The notes: generated from the letters alone by a model not told the origin. 64,000 bases of DNA from Rebecca billardiae RCC1528 (GCA_965240325.2 OZ251224.1:1860001-1924000), one strand, 5' to 3'. Shown: positions 22,151 through 33,900, numbered from the stretch's first letter. Numbers and translations: made by a program.

Positions 22151-23086
22151 GTGCAAATGATATACCCCCGCCCCCTCTGGAGGCGGGCTGTCCACAGTGG
22201 AGTGGTGTCAAGGTGGCACTAAGTGTCTCGGTCAGTGGTTTGAGGTTGGGTGAGGGTGGTGGTTGGTTGGGGGCTGGCCAGGGTAGAGCTGGAGCAGGCT
22301 TCGGCCGCCAGTCTGATCACCCGGAGCCCGTTATAAAGGGGAATTTAAAAAAAAGTCCGGCCACCCGTCCCAGCGCTCCCCCTACATCAAGGCTCCCTGA
22401 TATTTGAAAATACCCGCGCAGCTATTCGACCAGCCCATTTCATAGTCACTGAGCTCAAAACAGGCCATGGCCTGTTTGGTCTTTGGAGCCCGCTGTGAGC
22501 CGAAGACGGGATCACGGGCTTTCTGGGACGGGTGGAGATATCTACTTGATCTTCTGACAATAGCTTAGGAGTCGCAGTGGGACTATATCCGTGATGTCTC
22601 TGGGGTCTCCTCGTGGTGCGCTTCCACGTTGTTGGCGCGTGCACCGTTTAGTGACTTTGCGGCAGTCTAGTCGCGCACTCTGCGCTACGACCGTTCACGG
22701 CGGGAGCCGCGGCCAGAGTGCACTCACTCGCGCAGCGTGACGCGCCGCCCGCCCGTGTGTGTCTACTCTCTGATACTCTGCAGCGGGTAGCTAGAGAGTA
22801 GAGTAGACAGTACTGGACGAGAGCCAGAGGCAGAATCCTCTACGACCGTACTCTTGCATCTCTAGAGTTGGTGGCGCCGATTCGGACCGGCGACCCGATC
22901 CACCGCCCCACCGGGGCCAGCGGCGCCGCGCCCGCGGGCGCCGCCCGCCGGCGCCCTGGCCCGGGGGTGCCGCACCTAATTAGTTGACCGTACCGTTATA
23001 TCTGATTCTGTCGTCCGGACCCGGCCGGACCGGAGTCAATTATGAGTCATGGCACTTCATTGAATACTGTATATAGTCGGCGACTG

Positions 23087-23184
23087 CTTCATGGGCGGTG
23101 ACAGTTGGCGGGCGTCAATCTCGCCTGCCTTTAGAACTAGCTAGAAGCTGTGTAGCTAGTGAATGTGTGTCTCTTATTCTTAGT
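23087..23184 (+). repeat. Degenerate copy of the LINE 3' end with short insertions
   Basis: CTTCATGGGCGGTGACAGTTGGCGGGCGTCAATCTCGCCTGCCT matches the reverse complement of ~34172-34215, then ...TCTCTTATTCTTAGT. Followed by (GA)n. Confidence 0.85.
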
Positions 23185-23229
23185 CATTATCATAGAGAGA
23201 GAGAGAGAGAGAGAGAGAGTAAATTGCAT

Positions 23230-25035
23230 ATGACCACGTTCCGCGGTCCTTCCACGTAGAACCAACGTAGTTAGGGGCCCGCGGTGCAACCTCCGTCGGC
23301 TGCTGTCGATCAGTCTGACACTCTGACTGACATGGCGGGCCGAGGACTGTCGCCGCGGGCCGCGCGGCGGGAAGCGCGGCCGCGCCGGGGCGGCGCGCGC
23401 GCGCAGGGCGAGAGGCGCCGCGCGGCGCGGGCCGGCGCGTGCGGGCGTGCGGGCGCACCTGCTTGAGGTGCTCGCGCTGCGCCATGCGCTCGACGACGGG
23501 CCGCTGGTCGCTCAGCCGGCGCGCTTCGTGCCGGCAGAGCGAGAGCGCGCGCCACTCGGCCAGCGGGCACTGCTGCCCCGCGGCCCCGGTGCGCTGCACA
23601 GCCGCGCACCGATCGCCAGAGGCGAGACCGAGCGGAGCTCGGAGTGGAACGAGGCGAGCGGCGCGTCGCGCCTGCCGCCGCGCGTGCGCACCTGCTCCAC
23701 CGCGCCGCGCCGTGCTCGCCCGCCGCCTCCTCGTCCGCCACGTCGGCCTCGAAGCCACGCAGCGGCGGCGGCCAGCGCGGCAGGCCGTGACAATCGGCAG
23801 CCCGTGGCCGTGCGTGCTCGCCGAGTTGCTGCTGCTGCACCTCCGGCGCGGTCGACGACCGAGTTGAGGAGGAGCTCGCGCTCGGGGTCGAGGAGCGAGC
23901 TCGCGAGCTCGAGCTCGCCCTTCAGCCGCACTACTAGCTCCGGGCGCATCCGGCTGGCATCTCCGCTGCGGCGTGCCGTCGCGGCACGCTCCCGTCCTCA
24001 TTCCTCAAGCGACGAGCTCGCGTAGTGCTCCGGACTCGGCTCGCCCTTCGCTCCTCCTCGAGCGACGAACGCGCCTGCGGGTAGGTTGTTGGGCGCGCGC
24101 CGACTCGGCGTGACTCGGCCACGCGGCCCGGCGAGACGACAGACCGGTGGGCGCGCTCGGTGAGAGCGGAGTGCGAGGGCCGGGCGAGACGGAGTAGACG
24201 CGGGGCCTGCGAGGCGACAGGCGCGCTCGGGGAGAGCAGAGTGCGAGGGCGAGAGGCAGCGGCCGGCCGGCCCCCGCCACCACCTCGCGCACCGCGGCGT
24301 ACTCGGTACTGCGGCGGCACGCGCACGCACGCGGTCCCCGGTCCGAGTCAAGCCTCAAGGGCTCCAGTTCCACGCGTCGCGGTCGCGCCGGCGCGTCACC
24401 GGCGCGCCAGTCGTCAAGGGCCTTGCCCCATAGTGCAATTTCGTCTGCGTGCTGTATATTCGTATCACGAATACCCTACTATGGGGGTACGGAGTGATCA
24501 TCTTTTCATCTGCAGTGCGCCCTCTACTGTAGCTAGTGGCTTCCGCGGGAACCATGTCCATTTACGACCATGCACGTTCAACCGTATCGTCGGAAGATTG
24601 AACGGGAACCCCCTTGGTAGAATACCGCCCTGCTACTGTAGGACCCCCGTGCACATGCACTTTTAAAAAACACGTCCGGCCCTGGGTCCGGTTGGTCCCG
24701 GGCTGGCGACCAAGTTTTGTTCCGTATGAATATTTACAACAAATCGCAGCTAGATATTCGTTCACTACGGTCCAGATATACTGCACGCCCAGGCTCACGT
24801 CCGTCCATCGACATATGCGGAATGGCGTGGGCGCGCTTATTTCGTCAATCGCGTAGTTGCTAATGCAGAGCACTATGGGCCAACGTACCCCTCGAAAAAG
24901 CGAAAACTCACCCTCCAACACCCCTCAAAATCGTCCCCCGTCCCCTTTTCTTTGATCAAAAGATCTTTTTGACAACGTAGTGAGGGCCCCCGGCGGGGCT
25001 CCACGCTACGCGCTCCGCCCTACACCGCGGGCCAT
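23230..25035 (-). mobile_element. Non-autonomous element family A, copy 2, carrying an intron-containing host gene fragment
   Basis: Same termini as 12561-14237 (ATGACCACGTTCCGCGGTCC...GGCCCGCGGTGCA at left; AAAATCGTCCCCCGTCCC...TACACCGCGGGCCAT at right). The interior has GC-rich coding-like pieces and splice-like sites on the minus strand. Confidence 0.7.
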
Positions 25036-25200
25036 GAGTAACTAGCCAACTATTGCTAGTCAGCTAGCGGGCCGCGTCGCGTCTTCACCAGTGTCGCCTG
25101 CGTCGCAGAGTGTAATATAGCTGTTTCGACCACGGTAATCTCGAGTCCCTTCCGTATTCGGCGTCACATCGGGCGACGACTAGTTACTGCTGTCTAGTGT

Positions 25201-25992
25201 CTACTCGGCACCAACTGCAAGCTCCGGCATAGCCTCGAATTGCACGACATAGAGGTTCTGCCAGAATTCGCGCGCACCATCGCCACGCTGCGCTGTCTCT
25301 GCATCAGTCAGGTATCGATGGAAGAAGAAGTGATGCAGGCACGTCGTCCAGCCGGGAAGACCAGCAAACAAAGCCTCGGGGGACATGTTTCGGTTCCCCA
25401 TGAAGGGAGGAGAATCCGTCCACATCAGGAGCTTGGGCTTGGTGCGATTGCCGAGGAACTGCAGCACCATCCGCTGGAAAGAGAGCGGCCGGCGGATGTA
25501 GGCCGCGCAGAACATCATCACGAGGAGGTCGGCATCAATCATCTGCTGGCAAACCGCAGTCGGAATCAGCGGCTCGTTAAAGTCGTGGCCGAACGCCTGC
25601 GCAAACAGGCCGCGCTCGGTACCCCACTTCAGCCGGGTCACGGTCTTGTCAACCGCGACGACTTCGATGTCGAAGCGGGGCGAAGGGAGAGGATCGGGCG
25701 TCGTCCAGATGCGTTCTACATCCGTCCATGTACACCCATACTTGTACGCCATCGTCGAGTTGCCGAAGAGGGCCGCATACTCCACGGTCTTGAGGGGTCG
25801 CGCCCCGCCTGTGCGCTCGAGCCAAGCCTCGAGCTGGTTGAGCATCAGCGGCATGATCTCGTCGTGGCCGCGGCCAAAGCCGCGGGCCGGGCCGTCGTGC
25901 CCGAACTCGGCGATGTAGGTTCGGGGGTCATTCGAGTCGTACTCTTCGGCGTAGCTTCGCTGTTTGATGATGGTCTTGGGGACGGTTGCCAT
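25201..25992 (-). CDS. Class I SAM-dependent methyltransferase-like protein (bacterial 'methyltransferase type 12'-like)
   Basis: Intronless 263 aa. YDSNDPRTY, VEYAALFGNS (motif I-like), VVAVD, GLFAQAFGHDFN and DLLVMMFCAAYI follow the pattern of that bacterial family. Confidence 0.55.
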   Translation of the reverse strand: MATVPKTIIKQRSYAEEYDSNDPRTYIAEFGHDGPARGFGRGHDEIMPLMLNQLEAWLERTGGARPLKTVEYAALFGNSTMAYKYGCTWTDVERIWTTPDPLPSPRFDIEVVAVDKTVTRLKWGTERGLFAQAFGHDFNEPLIPTAVCQQMIDADLLVMMFCAAYIRRPLSFQRMVLQFLGNRTKPKLLMWTDSPPFMGNRNMSPEALFAGLPGWTTCLHHFFFHRYLTDAETAQRGDGAREFWQNLYVVQFEAMPELAVGAE

Positions 25993-26050
25993 CTCGAGAC
26001 GACGAGTCGACGACGTCGCCCGTGGCGGTAGTCTGGGTGGTACAGTTTAC

Positions 26051-27487
26051 TATGGCGGGCCGTAGGTCCGCCCCTTGTAGTGCCCGGGAAAAAGATAAGA
26101 AAAAGAAAAGGAAAAAAGAAAATCGCCTCGCAAAGAAAAGAAAATCGCCTCGCTCACTGCCGGGTCGCTTCGCTCACTACCGGGCGCCCTCGCAGCTCCC
26201 ACTGGGGACGCTCGGCCGAAAGAGAGTCCTGGATGGCGCGGAGCGCGTGGGCCGCGCGCGCCGAATCCAACGCCGGCGCGGACATCGCGCGGGGATTCCC
26301 GAGACGTGTTTTCGCCCGATTCGCGTTTGCTGCCCTCGTCGTCTCGCGTGCAGGTCGAACGGGGGCCAAAGTCGACGCGTTTGGAGGCACGCTCGGCGCG
26401 TCGACACGATCGTGCGACCTGGGGCGGTCCTCGCCCGACTTGCACGTCGAGCGCTCGCACGAGCCATAGTATTAAGCGCTGCGCACGACAACCACCTCGC
26501 GCGATCCACCGTCGCGCGTCGAGCTCGGTGCGGAAAGGCCCTCATCACGAGGTGTCTCGCGGGCGGGAAGCGCCATCGCACGCGACGCAAGATTTGGCGC
26601 GGCCTTCTGAACTCGATCGCCGGAATCCGCGCACCGGACTCAGTCATTGCTCGCGGTCCGGTCCCTCAGCCGAGCCCACGTCCGGCCTGCATGGCGCATG
26701 GCGTCGACGGTGACCAATGCGACGGAAGCGCAGCGCTAACGGCGTACGACGCGCAGCGGACGCACCTCCCGGGTCTGTCGCCGTGGCAGCAACCGCCTCT
26801 TCGCGAGTTGGCGACCCTCGCCGCAGCGCGACACAGACAAGCCCGTGATGCCATCCGCAGAGAGATGAATCGTCGAGCATGCAACATCGCCGCGTCATCC
26901 TCGTCCATGGCGCAGGCGCTGCGGGACGAGGCGGAAGTCGTCACGCCGGTGACTGATGCGCTGCGATTCGTGTGCCCGCGTGAGCAGCGCTTGCCTACTC
27001 TCAATCGCGAGTGGCACACGCTGTCGCTGCGCGCGCGCGCGCGCACGACCGCGTGAACGTCAACGCGCTCGTGCTCAGCGTGGCGGCCGTGTACGACGTC
27101 AACGCGACCTGCGCCGAGCCCATCGTGCCTGGAGCGGACATCGGCAAGCATCCTCGCGACGACCGCTCTCGGCTGGCGGCAGGAGGACATGCACATGATC
27201 TACTCTGGCGGCTTCGGCGGCGGCGAGGCGCTCGATTACGCCATCGCGGTCGACATGCGGCACATACAGCGCGTACCCGCGCTCGCGCGGAGCAACGGGC
27301 TACCCGTCCCGCCCCGCGTGCTGACATTCCCTCGTGGGTGTGGGCGGCCTCGCGTTGCTGGTCCTTGCACTCGACTGTCCGTCACCCACGGCCACAAGCG
27401 AATGTGGAAAGACGCGAACCCTCAGAGGATACATTGCGACAGCACTGGCACGGCCCGCCGACCCCCCCGCCCGCCAGGGCAGAGTTT
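26051..27487 (+). mobile_element. Non-autonomous element family B, copy 1 (1.44 kb)
   Basis: Essentially identical to 29912-31348 (offset 3861). Starts TATGGCGGGCCGT, with the inverted ACGGCCCGCC subterminal, then a small GCCC-gcca-GGGC hairpin and a T-rich end. Confidence 0.75.
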
Positions 27488-27550
27488 GTTTTAACGTGCA
27501 CACTTGGTTAAGGCGTGATTAGGCTGCCGGGTGCGCGGCGCGGTCGCCGT

Positions 27551-27598
27551 ATCTCGCCTGCCTGAGCTGTGTGCGTCTCTTATTCTTAGTAAACTGTA
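27551..27598 (+). repeat. Copy of the LINE 3' terminal tail
   Basis: ATCTCGCCTGCCTGAGCTGTGTGCGTCTCTTATTCTTAGTAAACTGTA is identical to the LINE 3' end. Confidence 0.9.
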
Positions 27599-28263
27599 GT
27601 ACTGTACCACTCGAGACCCCTCATTGGGAACGGATAACTCCGGACGTGTGGGCGCGTGCAAAGGTGGCTCGATGGCCGCATCCCGACGCATGGACGTGTT
27701 CTCCTCGTCGTGCTCGACACGGCAATACCGGTCTCGCCGCCCCCGGATGTCCCGTTGGAGAGCGCCGTGCTCTTGACGGAGGGCAGGTTTCGCAGGTGTC
27801 CGCCAGTGCTGACCCCTCATTGGGAACGCTCGCGCACGCGCGCGCACTGTGAGCACCACACTGCGGCCGACAGCGTTGCACAGGTTTGAGGAGCGGTTCA
27901 CTGTGTGGGACCGCTCGAGGTGAGGGCATGGGCAATGGGGGGTGTAGAACTCTTCCCAAACGCGAGATGTGGGCATGCCTCTGCATCTCGCAACGCAGTG
28001 GTGTCACCCGGCGCGCGCTTGGCCGCAAGCGGATGAAGCGGTCGGCTGCATCGTCGTGCTCGTGTTTGACACGTGAGATCGCGCTGCTCTCCAGACGACG
28101 TCGGTGCAGTCTTCAACCCACTGGCTTGACTATGGCATCGCCGCTGGTCGGCGCCCAGCGCCGTCTGATGAGAGCCCCCAAGTCCGAGTATCATTACGGT
28201 CGGCTCCGGCTCTGGTGCGCGTACTCCCATGATGGACTGGGGCACAGCCTGCACGGCGTAGAC

Positions 28264-28651
28264 TCGGCGAGCGGGTGGCTTATGGTAGGCTTCTGGTAAG
28301 AGCTTCTCCATGAGGCCGTTCGTGCACGTCATGCGGTTGCGGCTGCTTGATCGCCGCCACGTGCCGCTGGATCTCCGCCAGATCGGCGCAGTACTTCGTG
28401 ACGCCGACGATGGTATCTGGCGCTGGCTCGGGCGGTTCGGTGGAGGCCCACTGAGCTGATCCTCGTCGCTGGTTCCTCAACTTGGGAGCGGATGGTCGTA
28501 GAAAAGCGTCATCAACAAATAGGTGGGAATCGCAATGACATCCCTATGAGGAGCGCTCAAAAAGGTAACGACATGCCTTCTCGATTCCCGAGGCGTGCCT
28601 AATCAAAAAACGTTTCGGGCCCCGTTCTTCGTATTTCTTTCTACTCTGGTA
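28264..28651. repeat. Repeat family C, copy 1
   Basis: Diverged direct repeat of 29332-29913, which has an extra internal segment. Shared end AATCAAAAAACGTTT...CTACTCYGGTA. Confidence 0.8.
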
Positions 28652-29331
28652 TTACTTTGCTCAGCAGTCAGCACAACGTGACACCAATCAAGGGCCCTTG
28701 CACCAATTAAAGGCCAACGCTTGCCCGTTGCATACCAGTCGTTTAAACTGCGGGGGCCTGGCGGCCTTGTCCCGGTGGGGCTGGTCGAACACAGCGCGTC
28801 TAGGACGCAACGGAGAAGCTGGTTAGGGCCGGCAGACCCGACGACGATGGGACGAGTTGGCTGTTGAGCGCTGACTATAAATATAATGGTATCATCCGGT
28901 GGCGCGCCGCAGGCGCGCGCGCGCGGCGCCGCAGCACGGTACCGCACCGCCACCGCGGTCGCAGCCCACCGAGGCGCACGGCGAGGCGCGCGTCGATGCA
29001 GTCGTCGCTGCGCACGGCCGCTCGGGCACGACGGCGCGGCAACGGCACGCACCGCGGATGGCCCACCGGTCTCGGGTCTGCAGGCGGGTGCGGGTCGAGC
29101 GGCGCAGGGCACAACCGACTGCATGGCGTAGGCTTGCAGCCGTCGCTGAGCACGGCCCGTCGGGCACGACGTGGTACGAGCGGCTCGCGTCGGTGTGCAT
29201 GTTGTGTTGTGCAGCTCGCGCCGGCGGGCACGCACCTCCGCAATGGCGCCGCGAGCCGCGCGCGGCCCGGGTGACGGCTCGAAGGCCGCCGCCCGTTGGT
29301 GACGAGCCAGCGCGAGTAGGAGTCAGGCAAG

Positions 29332-29913
29332 TCGGCGAGCGGGTGGCTTATGGTAGGCTTGTGGTACGAGCTTCTCCATGAGGCCGTTCGTGCACGTCAT
29401 CTGATGCGGCTGCGGCTGCTTGATCGCCGCCACGTGCCGCTGGATCTCCGCCAGATCGGCGCAGTACCTCGCGACGCCGACGATGGCATCTGTGGCGCTG
29501 GGTTCGGCGGAGGCCCGCGGAGCTGATCCTCGTCGCACACGGCGTACGCCTGTGTGCGAGTGCGAGCGCGAGTGCCGGAAGCGTCGTCGAGCCACGCCGG
29601 CTGAGCGCCGTTCTGCGTGTCGCGCGTGGCCGTCACCTCCTGCAGCAGCGCGCTGAGCTCGTTCGTCATACTCAATCGTGTGTGCCGAGCGCACGCGGCG
29701 CGGTGGCGAAAGCAATCGTCGCGGTTCCTCAACTTGGGAGCGGATGGTCAAGGGAGGTGGATGGTCGTAGAAAAGCGTCAACAAATAGGTGGGAGTCGCA
29801 ACGACATCCCTATGGCGCGCGCTCAAAAAGGTAACGACATGCGTTCTCGATTCCCGAGGCGCGCCTAATCAAAAAACGTTTGAGGCCCCATTCTTCGTAT
29901 TCCTACTCCGGTA
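29332..29913. repeat. Repeat family C, copy 2, abutting family B copy 2
   Basis: Shares the GVxxYCADLAEIQRHVAAIKQPQPH-coding block and the AT-richer terminal module with 28264-28651. Confidence 0.8.
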
Positions 29914-31348
29914 TGGCGGGCCGTAGGTCCGCCCCTTGTAGTGCCCGGGAAAAAGATAAGAAAAAGAAAAGGAAAAAAGAAAATCGCCTCGCAAAGAAAA
30001 GAAAATCGCCTCGCTCACTGCCGGGTCGCTTCGCTCACTACCGGGCGCCCTCGCAGCTCCCACTGGGGACGCTCGGCCGAAAGAGAGTCCTGGATGGCGC
30101 GGAGCGCGTGGGCCGCGCGCGCCGAATCCAACGCCGGCGCGGACATCGCGCGGGGATTCCCGAGACGTGTTTTCGCCCGATTCGCGTTTGCTGCCCTCGT
30201 CGTCTCGCGTGCAGGTCGAACGGGGGCCAAAGTCGACGCGTTTGGAGGCACGCTCGGCGCGTCGACACGATCGTGCGACCTGGGGCGGTCCTCGCCCGAC
30301 TTGCACGTCGAGCGCTCGCACGAGCCATAGTATTAAGCGCTGCGCACGACAACCACCTCGCGCGATCCACCGTCGCGCGTCGAGCTCGGTGCGGAAAGGC
30401 CCTCATCACGAGGTGTCTCGCGGGCGGGAAGCGCCATCGCACGCGACGCAAGATTTGGCGCGGCCTTCTGAACTCGATCGCCGGAATCCGCGCACCGGAC
30501 TCAGTCATTGCTCGCGGTCCGGTCCCTCAGCCGAGCCCACGTCCGGCCTGCATGGCGCATGGCGTCGACGGTGACCAATGCGACGGAAGCGCAGCGCTAA
30601 CGGCGTACGACGCGCAGCGGACGCACCTCCCGGGTCTGTCGCCGTGGCAGCAACCGCCTCTTCGCGAGTTGGCGACCCTCGCCGCAGCGCGACACAGACA
30701 AGCCCGTGATGCCATCCGCAGAGAGATGAATCGTCGAGCATGCAACATCGCCGCGTCATCCTCGTCCATGGCGCAGGCGCTGCGGGACGAGGCGGAAGTC
30801 GTCACGCCGGTGACTGATGCGCTGCGATTCGTGTGCCCGCGTGAGCAGCGCTTGCCTACTCTCAATCGCGAGTGGCACACGCTGTCGCTGCGCGCGCGCG
30901 CGCGCACGACCGCGTGAACGTCAACGCGCTCGTGCTCAGCGTGGCGGCCGTGTACGACGTCAACGCGACCTGCGCCGAGCCCATCGTGCCTGGAGCGGAC
31001 ATCGGCAAGCATCCTCGCGACGACCGCTCTCGGCTGGCGGCAGGAGGACATGCACATGATCTACTCTGGCGGCTTCGGCGGCGGCGAGGCGCTCGATTAC
31101 GCCATCGCGGTCGACATGCGGCACATACAGCGCGTACCCGCGCTCGCGCGGAGCAACGGGCTACCCGTCCCGCCCCGCGTGCTGACATTCCCTCGTGGGT
31201 GTGGGCGGCCTCGCGTTGCTGGTCCTTGCACTCGACTGTCCGTCACCCACGGCCACAAGCGAATGTGGAAAGACGCGAACCCTCAGAGGATACATTGCGA
31301 CAGCACTGGCACGGCCCGCCGACCCCCCCGCCCGCCAGGGCAGAGTTT
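29912..31348 (+). mobile_element. Non-autonomous element family B, copy 2
   Basis: Direct repeat of 26051-27487; the ORF translations are identical in all frames. Confidence 0.75.
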
Positions 31349-31549
31349 TGTTTAAAGCTGTGTTCACCAGAATAATTAAAGCTGTGTTCATCACCAGAAT
31401 AAAGACGGGAGATTAGCAGATGCACCTGATTAATAGTGTTGAGGGGGCGAGGGGCGGCTCGCTCGGCACCCGCTCTGGAGCGTAGCGACGTAGCTAGCTC
31501 GCCGCGCGAGGCTTTCGGGCGTGTCCGTGTGGTCGAAAGCTGCGCGGCC

Positions 31550-33133
31550 ATGCGCGGCGCGAGCACACAGCCCTCTGGGAGCGCACGCGCGGCGGGTGCA
31601 CAGCTATCCAAAGGCCGCATCCGCACGGCATCATTTGAGGGGGTGCGTGGTTTCGCCGCGCTGCAGGTGAGTTGCGGCCACCTGTTTTCGATCTACGTGC
31701 GCCGGGCGACCATCGATTTGGGCGGTGGAAATGCCGTGATCGTCTTCCTCGTGATGTCGGGCCTCGTGATGGTCCTCGCCAACCACGGGCGCAATGAGGA
31801 GGCGCGCACGCGCCCGCTTGCCTTCGCGCGCACCTTCTGGGCCAAGCGGCTCGCCCGGCTGGGCCCTGTGAACTGGTTTGCGCTGGCGCTCAGCACACCG
31901 CTGTTTTCCTACATGATCGCCACCGTGCCCGGCACTGACCCGACCGGGCGGCTGGTGCCACTCAGCGTGGCGCTCACGGCAGTCTTTTCCGCTGCGTGGA
32001 TTCCCCGAGGCCCCGACATGCCGCTGTGGAACCTCACGCCAATGGTGGTGTTCTACTTCATCTTTCCCGCCGTGCTACCACACGTGTGCGGGCGCCGCCC
32101 CGCGGCTCAATTCCTGCGCGTGTGCATCGCATGCTGGCTCGCGTACGTCGTGCTGTGGCTCGTGAGCGCCGCCCTCGCGCCGCCCGACTTCCTCATGGGC
32201 GCCCAGCCGATGATGCAGCCCACCTACTGGGCGACGATGCGCGCGCACCAGCCGTCTCTGTACCGCTTCATGTGTGGGTACATCTACGCGCACCGATCGC
32301 CGGCCAACAAGCTCCCACTCTTCGTGCTGGGCGCGGTGGCGGGCAACCAGCTGGCCGGACAGCTCGAACGGCACGAGGGCACACAGGCGCACGCGCACGC
32401 GCCCACCCGCGGGTTGCCATGGGCTTGGGTCGCGAATGGCTGCACTGCGCTGTACTGCGGCTACGCGGCATTGCAGGCGATGTCACCGACCCTACTACTA
32501 CTGCTTCCACATCCCTGGCCGCACGAGGCCTTGCTCTGGCTGAACTGCTCGCTCCGCTGTGGCGGCGACCTGCTGATCGCGCCGTGTGCCACGCTCTGGT
32601 TGTACGCGCTCACGCAGGCGCCCGGCTGCGCCTCTGAGCGCCTTCTGCTCTCGCAGCCGCTCCTGCGCCGCGTTGGCTCCATCAGCTTCGCGTGGTACTG
32701 CTTGCACGCGCCGACGTTTGAGTACTATGCATGGCTGCGCTTCGCAGGCCGCGACTTCTGGGCGCACTTTGTCGACGGAGCAGAGCCGATGCTCACCTAC
32801 TGGGACGTGCTTCCGGCGCTCGCGTGCGTGGCGCTCGTGAGCTATGGCACGCACCATCTTGTCGAAGAGCCGGGAGGCAGAGCGCTGCTCAAGTGGCTGA
32901 CGCGCCCACGAGCGGCATCTTCTACTGCTAACCGGCAAGCGTCTTCTGCCGCCCCTCCAGCGGCAGCCTCGCCGGCTCCGGAGCAGGCGTTGGTCGACGA
33001 CGCGCTCCCATCTGATGAAGACGACGACGGGCAAAGCCTCGATGGCCCGGCGGCGGCCACTCGTCACCACACGCTGCGGAGTGCGCATCACCGCGAAGTC
33101 GAAGTGAATCAAGTAGGCGCGCAGATGCTTTGA
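31550..33133 (+). CDS. Acyltransferase family 3 (OafA-like membrane O-acyltransferase)
   Basis: EGVRGFAAL...H, AVIVFLVMSG, FWAKRLARLGP, GSISFAWYCLH, HHLVEEP. Multiple TM segments, intronless. Confidence 0.88.
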   Translation: MRGASTQPSGSARAAGAQLSKGRIRTASFEGVRGFAALQVSCGHLFSIYVRRATIDLGGGNAVIVFLVMSGLVMVLANHGRNEEARTRPLAFARTFWAKRLARLGPVNWFALALSTPLFSYMIATVPGTDPTGRLVPLSVALTAVFSAAWIPRGPDMPLWNLTPMVVFYFIFPAVLPHVCGRRPAAQFLRVCIACWLAYVVLWLVSAALAPPDFLMGAQPMMQPTYWATMRAHQPSLYRFMCGYIYAHRSPANKLPLFVLGAVAGNQLAGQLERHEGTQAHAHAPTRGLPWAWVANGCTALYCGYAALQAMSPTLLLLLPHPWPHEALLWLNCSLRCGGDLLIAPCATLWLYALTQAPGCASERLLLSQPLLRRVGSISFAWYCLHAPTFEYYAWLRFAGRDFWAHFVDGAEPMLTYWDVLPALACVALVSYGTHHLVEEPGGRALLKWLTRPRAASSTANRQASSAAPPAAASPAPEQALVDDALPSDEDDDGQSLDGPAAATRHHTLRSAHHREVEVNQVGAQML

Positions 33134-33749
33134 CTGCTACGCTAATAAGCGCTACTCGTCACTACGCGCTGTACTGACGACTGATTATTCGATCTGCATG
33201 ACACGACGTTATTCATTGATGACGCTACTCGCCGTAGCCGTACTCCGTAGCGCACTCGCACTCGCAGGCTAGCAGTCACCGCGCGCAGACTCACTGCTCA
33301 GCCCGCAGCGCAGACCGAGCAGCACGGTCACCCATCTACGGCCCTGCTGCTGAACTCTGCTCAAGGGCCCGGAGCCCTGGGAGTCTCAGAGTCACCCATC
33401 AACGTATACCTACTTATCATACCTGTCAAGTATCAGCAGGCACTAGGCAGCCGCCATCGTGCGACGCCACGAATGCCCACGGCCCATTAGCGGGCATCAC
33501 GTCACACAGTATGCATGCGAATTTGTTTGTGCGACGCCGACGGTCACCGCGACGGGATCGCGGTCCCCGGCCAGCGGCCGCTCTGACGCGCTCTTGGCGA
33601 ACGCGTGGGCCTTCCCGTCGCCAAGAGCCCATCCTAAGCTACTCGTCGACGATGCCGCCCTGCGTGGCGCCGCGCTGCATGTCGCATCACAAGTTTGAGA
33701 TTTGACCAATAAAACGACGCCGACGGAGGGCGCGCACGTCTGCAAAGCC

Positions 33750-33900
33750 CACGGACTGCCGCGGCGCGCGTGCTCGAGCAGACGGCCAGGCGTCGCGACG
33801 AGCACGTCAAGCGGGCCTGCGAGGAGCTTGGACTGCTTCCCGAGTGGCACGCCGCCCGACACGCACCCCGCGAGCGCAGCTCGTTCGAACTGGAGAACGG
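33750..33900 (-). pseudogene. Isolated DEAD-box helicase fragment (GG doublet to motif Ib)
   Basis: VSGGVPLGKQSKLLAGPLDVLVATPGRLLEH with no other helicase motifs around it. Differs from the DEAD gene at 46878-48969. Confidence 0.75.

Noticed and set aside
22530-22560. Minus-strand AAGATCAAGTAGATATCT resembling U2 snRNA
   Set aside because: Lacks the GTGTAGTA branch-pairing sequence and the U2 5' stem.
26051-31348. LTR retrotransposon interpretation of the 1.44-kb direct repeats
   Set aside because: No TG...CA termini, PBS/PPT, TSD or gag/pol remnants identified.
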